A stretch of 63,845 nucleotides of DNA from Chloroflexia bacterium. Lineage in GTDB: Bacteria > Chloroflexota > Chloroflexia > QHBQ01. The stretch spans positions 1-63,845 of the forward strand of contig JBBROH010000003.1 in assembly GCA_038229595.1 (NCBI GenBank), written 5' to 3'. Position 1 is the first letter of the stretch; each line of letters starts with the position of its first letter. Below are positions 46,334 through 55,545 of the stretch, piece after piece. Below the pieces are notes generated by a model. The model did no database searches and was not told the DNA's origin. It was given only the letters and a program-made list of their open reading frames with translations. A program made the translations under genes and the position numbers.

Positions 46334-48987
46334 TGTTGACTACATTGTGGCTCAAGGGGATAACGCGTCGTCGCAGCGGGCGGCTGGCAGCGGCAGCGTT
46401 GGGCGTGGCCCTGACTGTTGCGCTCCTGACTGCGCTCGGCAGTTTCATTGCAGGCGCGTCGGCAACGATGACCGGGCGGGCGATCCAGCAGGTTGCCACC
46501 GATTGGCAGGTACAGCTTGCCCCTGGTACTGACCCCGCCGCTGCCGCTGCTGCCCTCGCGCAGACCACGAAGTACGAGGCGGCCTTGCCAGTCGGTTATG
46601 CGGATGTAGCCGGGTTTGTTGCCACCACTGGCGGCACGACTCAGCAGACCGGCGCAGGCAAGGTGCTGGGCCTGCCAGACACATACCGCCGACAGTTTCC
46701 ACAACAACTGCGTCCGCTACTAGGTTCCGACCAAGGTGTGCTGGTTATGCAACAGACCGCCGCCAACCTGCACGTCGCAGTTGGTGATACGGTAGCGATC
46801 CAAAGGGTGGGCCAGCCTGATGTGCAGGTGAAGGTAGCCGGGATCGTTGAATTGCCGAATGCCGACTCGCTGTTCCAGATCGTGGGCCAGCCCGCAAAGA
46901 CCGCGCCGCAGGCTCCGCCCGACAACGTGCTGCTCCTACCCATGTCCGAATGGCAGCCGCTTTTTGCCGCGCAGCAGGCGGCCCGCCCCGATAGTGTGCG
47001 AACGCAGCTACACGTGCGGATCAGCCACGATCTGCCGTCCGACCCAACCGCCGCCTACACTTACGTGCAGCAGCTAGCCAACAACCTCGAAGCAAGGCTA
47101 GTGGGGGTTGGCATCGTCGGCGACAACTTGGCGGCACGGCTGGGCGGCGTGCGGCAGGACAGCCTCTACGCCCGCGTGCTGTTCCTCTTTCTTGGTTTGC
47201 CGGGGGCGGTGTTGGCCGCAGTGCTGACCCTGGCAGTGGCCGCGACTGGGGCCGCGCGGCGGCGGCGGGAGCAGGCACTCCTCCGCCTGCGGGGCGCGTC
47301 AACCAGTCGCATCCTGGGGCTGGCAAGCATTGAGGCAGTGCTGCTGGCAAGCCTCGGCCTGGCTCTCGGCCTCGCACTGGCGTGGCTGGCGGGCTTGCTG
47401 GTCGGAACTAACGCAGGGCTATTCGAAGCCACAACCTGGCTCTGGACGCTGCTGGCTGCGTTTATCGGCCTGCTGTTGGCGGGCGCAGCGATCCTGCTTC
47501 CAGCCTGGCGCACCGCCCGGCAAGCGACGGTTGTGCAAGCGAGGCAAGCTGTCGGCTCGGAGCGTCCACCGCTCTACCAGCGACTTGGCCTCGACTTCGT
47601 GCTGTTGGGGGTGGCCGGGCTGATATATTGGCAGGCGGCCAGCAGCGGCTACCATCTGGTACTCGCTACCGAAGGCGTGGCGCAGACTGCCGTAGACTAC
47701 ACCGCCTTCCTTGCCCCCTTTTGCCTCTGGCTGGGCGGTGGGCTGCTGACGATGCGGTTCGCCCGCCTGCTGCTGCTCCGCAGCAAGTTGCTGACCCGCC
47801 TGCTACGGCCAGTCGCCCACAACCTGAGCGGGGTAGTAGCAGCGGCAAGTAGTCGGCAGCGAGGGCTGCTCGTGCGTGGGCTGGTGCTGGTTGCGCTGGC
47901 AACCTCGTTCGCGGTCTCGACCGCCGTGTTCAACACGACCTACAACGTGCAAGCACAGGTAGATGCAGAGTTGACCAACGGCGCGGACGTAGCTGTTACT
48001 GGCACGGCTGCTGCCCCGGCGGGTAGGCTGCTGGCAAAGCTGGCCGCCACACAGGGAGTGGCTGCTGCCCAGCCGCTAATGCACCGCTTTGCCTACGTCG
48101 GCACTGACCTGCAAGATATGTTTGGCGTTGATGCGAGCCACATTCAGCAGTCAACGACCATTGCCAACGCCTACTTCGGCAGTGGCAACGCAGCAGCAAC
48201 CTTGGCTGCACTGGCGGCGCAGCCTGACGGTGTGCTGGTTGCGGCGGAGACGGTCAAGGACTTCCAGTTGCAGGTAGGCGATCAAATCAACCTGCGGCTG
48301 CAAAGTGCGAAGGATCAGCAGTACCACATCGTCCCCTTCCACTTCCTCGGCGTGGTGCGTGAGTTCCCAACCGCACCGAAGGACTCGTTCCTGGTCGCTA
48401 ACGCCAGCTATCTTGCCGCGCAGACCAGCAACCCTGCCGCCGAGGTGGTGCTGCTGCGGGCAAAGGGCGATGCACCGACGTTGGCGGCTGCCGTGCGTCC
48501 GCTGGTCGCTGACTTGCCAGGGGTACGCGTCACCGACTTGGAAGCAGCAGCACAGACGATCAGTTCAAGCCTGACGGCGGTTGACCTGAAGGGGCTGACC
48601 TTGTTGGAACTGAGCTTCGCGGTGCTGCTCCTGGTGGGGGCAAGCGGGCTGGTGCTGGCTCTAAGTCTGGCCGAGCGGCGGCGCAGCTTCGCCATCCTCT
48701 CGGCGTTGGGGGCAAAGCAGGGGCAGATCGCTGCCTTCTTCTGGAGTGAGGGGCTGCTACTCAATATTGGCGGTGGAATGACTGGGGTGCTGCTGGGCCT
48801 CGGCTTGGCCCAGATGTTGGTCAAGGTGCTGACCGGCGTGTTCGACCCGGCTCCGGAAGGGTTGAGCCTGCCGCTCGGCTACCTGCTGGTGCTGGTTATG
48901 GCTATTGCTGCGGCGACCATTGGGGTTGTTGTCCTCATGCGCTCGCTGGCCCGTCAGCAGGTGGCGGAGGTGTTGCGCGACATATAA
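46333..48987 (+). CDS. FtsX/MacB-like double-domain ABC permease
   Basis: 884 aa, two FtsX-like TM bundles (RRREQALLRLRGAS; ERRRSFAILSALGA) and two extracytoplasmic domains. Confidence 0.88.
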   Translation: MLTTLWLKGITRRRSGRLAAAALGVALTVALLTALGSFIAGASATMTGRAIQQVATDWQVQLAPGTDPAAAAAALAQTTKYEAALPVGYADVAGFVATTGGTTQQTGAGKVLGLPDTYRRQFPQQLRPLLGSDQGVLVMQQTAANLHVAVGDTVAIQRVGQPDVQVKVAGIVELPNADSLFQIVGQPAKTAPQAPPDNVLLLPMSEWQPLFAAQQAARPDSVRTQLHVRISHDLPSDPTAAYTYVQQLANNLEARLVGVGIVGDNLAARLGGVRQDSLYARVLFLFLGLPGAVLAAVLTLAVAATGAARRRREQALLRLRGASTSRILGLASIEAVLLASLGLALGLALAWLAGLLVGTNAGLFEATTWLWTLLAAFIGLLLAGAAILLPAWRTARQATVVQARQAVGSERPPLYQRLGLDFVLLGVAGLIYWQAASSGYHLVLATEGVAQTAVDYTAFLAPFCLWLGGGLLTMRFARLLLLRSKLLTRLLRPVAHNLSGVVAAASSRQRGLLVRGLVLVALATSFAVSTAVFNTTYNVQAQVDAELTNGADVAVTGTAAAPAGRLLAKLAATQGVAAAQPLMHRFAYVGTDLQDMFGVDASHIQQSTTIANAYFGSGNAAATLAALAAQPDGVLVAAETVKDFQLQVGDQINLRLQSAKDQQYHIVPFHFLGVVREFPTAPKDSFLVANASYLAAQTSNPAAEVVLLRAKGDAPTLAAAVRPLVADLPGVRVTDLEAAAQTISSSLTAVDLKGLTLLELSFAVLLLVGASGLVLALSLAERRRSFAILSALGAKQGQIAAFFWSEGLLLNIGGGMTGVLLGLGLAQMLVKVLTGVFDPAPEGLSLPLGYLLVLVMAIAAATIGVVVLMRSLARQQVAEVLRDI

Positions 48988-49081
48988 CTACGGTGGGTTT
49001 TAGCTGTGCGAACCATAGGAGGTGATAAATTACGCCCCATACGCATCAAGGGAACGAGGCTAGAGCATCGGTAAAGTAACT

Positions 49082-49770
49082 TCAAGCGGCTGGCCCGCTG
49101 CCAGCCTGCCGCATTAGCACGTGCAGGTTGTGACCACTACTACCCGCCGCAAGTCCGCCGGGTTCTTTCGCTTGCCGATGTACCAGGCGCGGCAAGCCTT
49201 GCCACTGGCCGACATGAGCCAGCCTGTGTTCCACCGCCACCCGCTGCCTTAGCTCCGCCCGTCCCCTACTACGCAACTGCCGCTCACGTAGTTCCACCAG
49301 CAGCCGTTCGTCCGGGTGGATGCTCACGCTGCGTCCCCGTTCACTGCTCGTACACTGCGCCCGCAACGGACAAGCTCCACATACCTCGGCGGAGAACTGC
49401 ACCCGCCCCCTCCGCGAATGGCGTTTGCACCTGATTGTGGGGCAACACACTTCGCAGTACACCGTCAACTCTGGCGGGCGGCTGCGTACCAGCTTACTGC
49501 TCAGGTAGCCCCAGTCGATGTGCAACTCAGTCAACTGCACCGCTTGCCCTAGCAGGTCGGCCCTGATCTCGTCGCTCACACTTGCTTCCGGCTGATTGGC
49601 TGCCGTCAGCCCCACCGCTCGTATCAGCTCCAGGTCAAGCTCATACACCACATGACGTTTGTAGCCGTCGAAGCGCAGGCTGCGGCTTTTGCGCCCGTGC
49701 CGCATTTCGCTATCTTCGACTTCTTTGCCTACTTTGTGCGCCAGGCTCTCGCTCAGGTGAGCCGCCAGCG
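49082..49770 (-). mobile_element. IS1182/IS5-like DDE transposase remnant
   Basis: DSEMRHGRKSRS-x-RFDGYK-x-H, HID-x-GY, C-x-x-CPLRAQCT, LRQRVAVEH; N-terminus missing, apparent internal deletions. Confidence 0.7.
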
Positions 49771-50075
49771 TGACGACCTCAAGCTCATCAATGCTGACCT
49801 CTTGCTGAGGCACGAGCAGGAGCAAGAGGTGAGTGCTTCGGTGGCGGGCGCAATTACCAGCCTCAGTGCGGTCTCTAGTCAACAACTACGTAGCGCAAAC
49901 GAGCAGGCGGCTGCTCTCAGTCAGGTGACGATGGCTATTGAGGAGTTGGCCCAGACTGCCTACTCGATAGATGAGACGGCCAACCTGGTAGGCAAGGAGG
50001 CGCAGCAGGCACTCGATGAGCTAGCCAGTTCGCAGCAGGCTGTGAGCGACAGTGCGGCGCAGTTGACTACCCTTG
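49740..50075 (+). pseudogene. Methyl-accepting chemotaxis protein fragment
   Basis: SSQQ...EQAAALSQVTMAIEELAQTAYSI heptad signature; truncated at both ends, abutting the IS remnant. Confidence 0.55.
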
Positions 50076-50363
50076 TCTACGATCCTGTACTGGCTGCTTT
50101 GCGCCTGCCAAGTTGCGAAGCAGCCTGGTTGTCCACTCCTCGTTCCAAAGCTATAAAGCTGACCGCGCTAAGGCTGACTACCGTGATCATCCTGCAGAAG
50201 GCTGTGCTTGACTCCTTTTGTCACTATCAGCCCAACTGTCACCAGCACCATCGGCGCAAAGGCAGCACATCAAAGCGAAGGGGTGGTCATTCACGAATGC
50301 ATAAGGAAGCGGAGCCGTCGGAGCGGCTCCACTTGCTCAAATGCTTGCCTGTTGCCTTGCGAC

Positions 50364-53261
50364 TTAGGGTTGGCTCTCAACCGCCCGGCGCACGACCTTG
50401 CTCAGTTCGCCGCGCCGGATGTTGTCGTTGGGCCGGAAGCAGGTGCCAACCCCGCCGGGGCAAGCTGCACCATTAATGATGCTGCGTCCAGCCAGCGTCT
50501 CAATTGCGTTGTAGGCGAAGTTGTTGCTCGGCACGTCGGCGAAGGTCGGGGTCGGCGGGGTAGTTACGCGGTAGGCTCGCGCCCGCAGCACGATCACCGC
50601 CACCTGCGCCCGGCTGATGTTGACGTTTGGGCCGTAGCAAGAGCTGGCTGCACCGATGGCAGTACACTGCGCGGCGGTCAAGCCGTTGACGACCCCAGCG
50701 TGGTAGGCGGCTTCGACGTAGGGGTAGAAGACGTTGCCGCTACTCACATCGCTGAAGTCAGGAGCGATGGGGTTGTAAGCAGGGATGCCGAAGCCCAGGG
50801 CGGCGATCTTGGCGAACTGGCCGCGAGTGGTGTTAGCGTTGGGCTGGAAGCTGCCGTCGGGGAAGCCGCTGATTGCGCCGCGACAGGCGAGGAACTGGAT
50901 GTCGGCGTAGAAGATGTAAGTGCTGGGTACATCGCTGAAGTTGACGGTGCAGGCGGTTGCACTCGGCTGGGGGGTAGCAGTCGCGCCGCCGGGGGTTTGG
51001 GTCGCCTGCAAGGTAGCAGTTGAGCCAGCCGGGGTCTGGGTAGGCGCAGTGGTGTCGGTCGGTTGCAGCGTGTCAGTCGGCAGGGGGGTATTGGTCACGC
51101 CGACAGGGGTGTTGGTCGGCACCGGCGTAACCAGGTCGAAGCGAGTGACGAAGGCATCGCTACCACCGCCGCCGTAGGTAGTCTGACTGCCACTACCGAG
51201 GATCGGGAAGCCGCCGCCAGTGAGGCCAATGGCGTAGGTGTTACCTGCGCTATCTACTGCGCTGCCAGCACCCTGATCCAGGGTGTTGCCGCCGAGGTAA
51301 GTGGAGTAGAGCCGTACCCCTCGGTTGTCGATCCGGGCCACGAACGCATCGCTGCTACCACCGCCGAAGGTAGGCTGAGGCACATCTCCCCGGATCGGGA
51401 AGTTGTTGCTCTCGGTGCTGCCAACGACGGAGACGTTGCCTGCACCATCTACCGCAATGCCCCTACCGCCATCGAAGGCACTACCACCGAGGTAGGTGGA
51501 GTAAACCCGTGCGCCGGTGTTGCCCAGGGCAGTCACGAACGCATCATCAAGACCGCCACCGTAGCTGGTCTGCTCAGCATTGAGGAGCGGGAAACTGCCG
51601 CCTTCGGTGAGGCCAGTAATGTAGGCGTAACCAGCACCGATGGCGATGCCCATGCCCTGATCCTGAGCACTACCACCCAGGTAGGTAGAGTAGACCCGCA
51701 CTCCTACGCTGTTCATCTCAGTCACAAATGCATCATAGCCACCACCACCATAGGTGTTCTGACCACTACCCAGGGTCGGGAAGCCGCCCCCGGTATAGCC
51801 AGTGACGTAGGCATTGTCGCTGCTGTCTACGGCGATGCCTTGACCATAATCGGGACCGTTGCCGCCGAGGTAGGTAGAGTAAATCCGTGCGCCCGTAGGA
51901 CTAATGGACGTGACAAACGCATCGCCACTACCACCGTAGGTAGTTTGGCTGACACTACCCAGGATTGGAAAGTTGAGGCTGGCAGTGTGGCCGGTGACAT
52001 AGGCTTTGCCCGCGCCATCCACGCCGATGCCGTTACCAATATCGGTGTTGTTGCCGCCCAGGAAGGTGGAGTAGACCCGCCCCCCAGCCGCGTTGATCCT
52101 GGTTACAAACGCATCACCGCCGCCGCCGAGGGTGGTCTGGCTGACACTACCGAGGATGGGGAAGTCGGTGCTGCTGGTGTAGCCGGTGACATAGGCACCG
52201 CCTGCGCCGTCTACCGCAATGCCGCTACCAACATCGCTGCTGCTGCCGCCGAGGTACGTAGAGTAAACCCGTGCGCCGTTGCCGTCGATCTTGGTCACAA
52301 ACGCATCATTACTACCCCCGCCGAAGGTGGTTTGGCTGACGCTACCGAGGGTAGGAAAGTCGGTGCTATTGGTAGTGCCAACAACATAGGCGTTGCCTGC
52401 GTCGTCTACCGCGATGGCGCGACCAGTATCGCCGAGGGTGCTACCAAGATAGGTAGAGTAGCCGAGGGTGGGGTCAATCACCAACGCCAGGGCGCGGTCA
52501 TAGTTTGGCACCAGGAAGCTCACGCTGCCATCGGCCTGCAAGTGGTAGCTGCCTGCCACTGCCGTAAGCGAGCCATCAGCCTGCCGCTGGTAGATGCGGG
52601 CTGCTGCCTGACGCACGTCCCCCACCGCAGTGTGTAGTACCAGGTCGCTGCCACTGGTCTCGATCCGCTCGGCTCCGACCACCGCCAGCCTGATCTGGGC
52701 TGGGTCGGCACCGGGATTCACGATCAAGTCGTATTCAAGCTGACCCCCTGCGTCGGTGTACCAGGCCAGATCGATCCCGTCGTACACACCCTGGTAGCTA
52801 ACGCGGGCGTAGGCGGGTACATTCTCACGCCAGCGGCTGGGGTCGTTGCCGAGCAGGTAGTTGCTGACCCCGGCCAGTTTGTGGCTGGCGGCCAGTTGGG
52901 CACCCATCTTGCCGCCTTGCCACTGGAAGCGTAGGGTAGCAGTCTTGTCAGTCGTGGTCGCGTCGGGCTGACTATTGTGCAGCACCATCACTGCCTCAAC
53001 GTCGGTGAGGAACAGGTTGTAACCGGCTCCACGTGCCAGATAGCGCACGCTGGGGTCGAACTGGCCGAGATTCGGCTCGAAGCGCAGTGCTTGACTGTCA
53101 AGCAAAGCCTTGATGCCCGGTTGTGCCTTGCTCGTGGTGGCGCGGGGCTGGTTGGCTGGCTGGCTGATCGTCTGGCTGAGGTATAGCCCCACCAGGCTGA
53201 TGACTAGCATCATCGCCAATCCAACCTGCAGCCAAAGCCACGTTCGCTTGTTCGTCTGCAT
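50364..53261 (-). CDS. Secreted SBBP beta-propeller surface protein with Pro/Thr linker and C-terminal SLH domains
   Basis: Signal peptide; FEPNLGQ N-domain; about 7 YSTYLGG...GIAVD...YVTG-x-T-x-S-x-x-FP repeats; FSDVP...F-x-PN-x-N-x-TRGQ SLH repeats. Confidence 0.88.
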   Translation of the reverse strand: MQTNKRTWLWLQVGLAMMLVISLVGLYLSQTISQPANQPRATTSKAQPGIKALLDSQALRFEPNLGQFDPSVRYLARGAGYNLFLTDVEAVMVLHNSQPDATTTDKTATLRFQWQGGKMGAQLAASHKLAGVSNYLLGNDPSRWRENVPAYARVSYQGVYDGIDLAWYTDAGGQLEYDLIVNPGADPAQIRLAVVGAERIETSGSDLVLHTAVGDVRQAAARIYQRQADGSLTAVAGSYHLQADGSVSFLVPNYDRALALVIDPTLGYSTYLGSTLGDTGRAIAVDDAGNAYVVGTTNSTDFPTLGSVSQTTFGGGSNDAFVTKIDGNGARVYSTYLGGSSSDVGSGIAVDGAGGAYVTGYTSSTDFPILGSVSQTTLGGGGDAFVTRINAAGGRVYSTFLGGNNTDIGNGIGVDGAGKAYVTGHTASLNFPILGSVSQTTYGGSGDAFVTSISPTGARIYSTYLGGNGPDYGQGIAVDSSDNAYVTGYTGGGFPTLGSGQNTYGGGGYDAFVTEMNSVGVRVYSTYLGGSAQDQGMGIAIGAGYAYITGLTEGGSFPLLNAEQTSYGGGLDDAFVTALGNTGARVYSTYLGGSAFDGGRGIAVDGAGNVSVVGSTESNNFPIRGDVPQPTFGGGSSDAFVARIDNRGVRLYSTYLGGNTLDQGAGSAVDSAGNTYAIGLTGGGFPILGSGSQTTYGGGGSDAFVTRFDLVTPVPTNTPVGVTNTPLPTDTLQPTDTTAPTQTPAGSTATLQATQTPGGATATPQPSATACTVNFSDVPSTYIFYADIQFLACRGAISGFPDGSFQPNANTTRGQFAKIAALGFGIPAYNPIAPDFSDVSSGNVFYPYVEAAYHAGVVNGLTAAQCTAIGAASSCYGPNVNISRAQVAVIVLRARAYRVTTPPTPTFADVPSNNFAYNAIETLAGRSIINGAACPGGVGTCFRPNDNIRRGELSKVVRRAVESQP

Positions 53262-53279
53262 CGTCGTGTCCTTTCTTGC

Positions 53280-53513
53280 CTATTGTTTGCCGGGGGCGGG
53301 TTCAGTGATCGGTTCGCTCAAGGTCGGGACGCTCCCAACTAGAGTTGCGGGGTTAAGCAGAGCGGCGGTTAGCTGTGACAGGTCGGCGAAGTAGCGCAGG
53401 CTACCGCCGGGGATCGTCTCGACCGAGCCGCGCCACACCGCCGCTGCCTCCGGTTCGCGCCAGAGCCGCACAATAAAAACGTAGCGGTCACGCTGACCCC
53501 GTTTGCCTGCCAC
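53280..53513 (-). CDS. Small hypothetical protein (F-x-VRLWRE...WRGSVE...RYF-x-DL-x-x-L)
   Basis: AGGAGG RBS then GTG; compact 77-aa ORF between two surface-protein genes. Confidence 0.65.
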   Translation of the reverse strand: MAGKRGQRDRYVFIVRLWREPEAAAVWRGSVETIPGGSLRYFADLSQLTAALLNPATLVGSVPTLSEPITEPAPGKQ

Positions 53514-53596
53514 AGCCAACCCTCCTGTTGCTCACCGCTGGTTCTGACCAGCCACATCACAGGCGTAGCGGTTGGCTACGCCTGTTCCGTCGCTGC

Positions 53597-54949
53597 TTAC
53601 TTGAGGGTGACGATGACCGGGATCGCGCCAGTGCCGCTGTTGAGGTCGCCCAGAGCCTTGCCGATTACCGCCCCACTGGTCTTGCCGTCAGGGTCAGCCT
53701 TCATCGCATAGCCGGGATTGGTGCTGGCAACGAGCAGGTCGCCTGCCTTGATCGGGCCGAAGCTGGCATCCACCTTGACCGACTTGTAGCTGCCGAGGGT
53801 GACAGCGTTGATGTAGCCGCCGGTCGCCACCCCAGCCGCATCAGCTTGCGCCTCGACTGCTACTGCCTTGTCGCTGATTGTCTGCTGCGGGATGGTGACA
53901 GCCGCCGCCATCTGACCGCTCTGCTTCGCCGCAAGTTCGGTGGCATCGCGGCGGGCGAGGGCCGCCTTGATCGCGGCCTGCTCGGCAGCATAGTGGGCCT
54001 TCAGTTCGCTGCTGGGGACGTTGACTGCCGCATCCACCACCCCGACCACGCCGATGTCATACGCCCTCGTCGCCTTCCTGACGGTGATGACTGGCACGCT
54101 GCCCTGCGCCGGTGCGCTGCTGCCGACGATTACGACGATATCGCCCTGCGACAGCGGTTCGCTGCCGACGTTCTGCATGATGTCAACCACGTAGCCGGTC
54201 TTGGAGCCGCTGACGTTGAGGTCGCCACTCACAAACAGACCGCCGCCGATGTAAGCCGCAGCTGTGCTGGCTACACCGCCCGCTGGCTCAACCCACAGCG
54301 AGTAGGAGGCAGAGGCACCGGTTTTGGCTTGCACACCACGACTGCTGGTACTCAAACCGTATACGCCCCAACCGCCACCACCAGTGGAGGAGGCATACAC
54401 CGCCGGGCGATCAGTGTCGGCAGCCGATGCGAAAACGCCCTTGCCGCCCTCGAAGACCCCAGCAAAGCTGCCAGTAGCGGCACTACTACTAACCGCATAG
54501 CAGCCGGTGCCAGCGGTGATGCACGAACCGCGAACAGCATAGCCGCCACTACTGTTCGACACGCTGAGGGCAACAAAGTTGCTGGTAGTGATCACCAGCG
54601 AGTTGCCGATAGCGTTACCTATCTTCTGGCGACCGTTGTCGAGGAACTTGGCAAGCTGGCCGCGAGTCACATTGTCGCTGGGCAGGAAGTAGGGCAGGTT
54701 GGCCGGTGGCACACAGGGGTTGTTACCACCACAAGGATAGCCGCCGACGATGCCGTTGTCATACAGGCTGTTGATAAAGGGGGCGAACAGGTAGGTGTCC
54801 GGCACGTCTTGGAAGCGTTGCACGAGGGGGCTGCCAGGGGTGCCGCCTTGAGCCTGGGCCTGCCACGCACTACCGCTGAGGAGTAGGGTGAGGGTGAGGG
54901 CGAACACCGCCAGCAGGCGGCTACTACTAAACCGGGGGAAAGAACGCAT
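53597..54949 (-). CDS. Secreted SLH-domain protein with Gly-rich beta-repeat stalk and fibre-like C-terminal domain
   Basis: Signal peptide, RFQDVP...VTRGQLAKF SLH, GVYG/AVRG repeats, GDLLVASTNPGYAMKA...IGKAL tail; ATG after AAGGAG. Confidence 0.75.
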   Translation of the reverse strand: MRSFPRFSSSRLLAVFALTLTLLLSGSAWQAQAQGGTPGSPLVQRFQDVPDTYLFAPFINSLYDNGIVGGYPCGGNNPCVPPANLPYFLPSDNVTRGQLAKFLDNGRQKIGNAIGNSLVITTSNFVALSVSNSSGGYAVRGSCITAGTGCYAVSSSAATGSFAGVFEGGKGVFASAADTDRPAVYASSTGGGGWGVYGLSTSSRGVQAKTGASASYSLWVEPAGGVASTAAAYIGGGLFVSGDLNVSGSKTGYVVDIMQNVGSEPLSQGDIVVIVGSSAPAQGSVPVITVRKATRAYDIGVVGVVDAAVNVPSSELKAHYAAEQAAIKAALARRDATELAAKQSGQMAAAVTIPQQTISDKAVAVEAQADAAGVATGGYINAVTLGSYKSVKVDASFGPIKAGDLLVASTNPGYAMKADPDGKTSGAVIGKALGDLNSGTGAIPVIVTLK

Positions 54950-55210
54950 GATGTGTCTCCTTCTTGGATGAGTTGCTGCATTACCTCGTATTAGTGGTCT
55001 GGGTGGGGCGGCGCACAACCTTCGAGCGTCCGCCGCGTTCCGTGATGTGGTTGTGGTTGATCCGAATGCCCTGACCCCGACCGATGTCGGAGCGGCTGGT
55101 TCTAGCATAGCGCATGGGCGTTCGGCCGGCGTTCAGGCGGTGACGGGCTATGGCGCGAGCAGTTTAGGGCGTGAGCAGCAGCGGCGGCATGACAAAACAA
55201 ATCCCTACCC

Positions 55211-55287
55211 GCTAAAAGGGTAGAGATTTGGAGCTTCAGAGGGCAGATGGCATCCTTGTCAGGGTGGGGGTGCTAAAAGGGTAGAGA
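55211..55287. repeat. 16-bp perfect direct repeat GCTAAAAGGGTAGAGA
   Basis: Copies at 55211-55226 and 55272-55287; the first also forms a CTACCC-N7-GGGTAG hairpin. Confidence 0.75.
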
Positions 55288-55291
55288 CGAA

Positions 55292-55545
55292 TCAGTCTTC
55301 TACTTCGGCCTGCAACCAGTTGGCGACGCTCTGGCGGTTGACACCGAGAGAGCGGGCAATGGCACTGAGGCTGCGACCCTCGCGGTGCAGACGGCTAGCC
55401 TCGGCCCGCAAGTCGGGCTGATGACCCATAGGCTTGCGGCTGGGTGTGAAGTAACGTTGGCAGGCGCGGCATTGATAGCGTTGGCTGCCGCTGGGGTTGA
55501 GGCCTGCCTTGACCGTGTTCGTGTGCTGGCAGTATGTGCAAGCGG
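55292..55545 (-). mobile_element. IS1-family insA-derived segment, in frame with the regulator
   Basis: CxxC-N-K-x-G-x-x-x-x-G-x-QRY-x-CxxC zinc ribbon plus HTH typical of InsA. Confidence 0.7.

Noticed and set aside
51063-54886. Long plus-strand ORFs 51063-52637 and 53528-54886
   Set aside because: Antisense shadows of the SBBP-SLH and SLH-fibre genes
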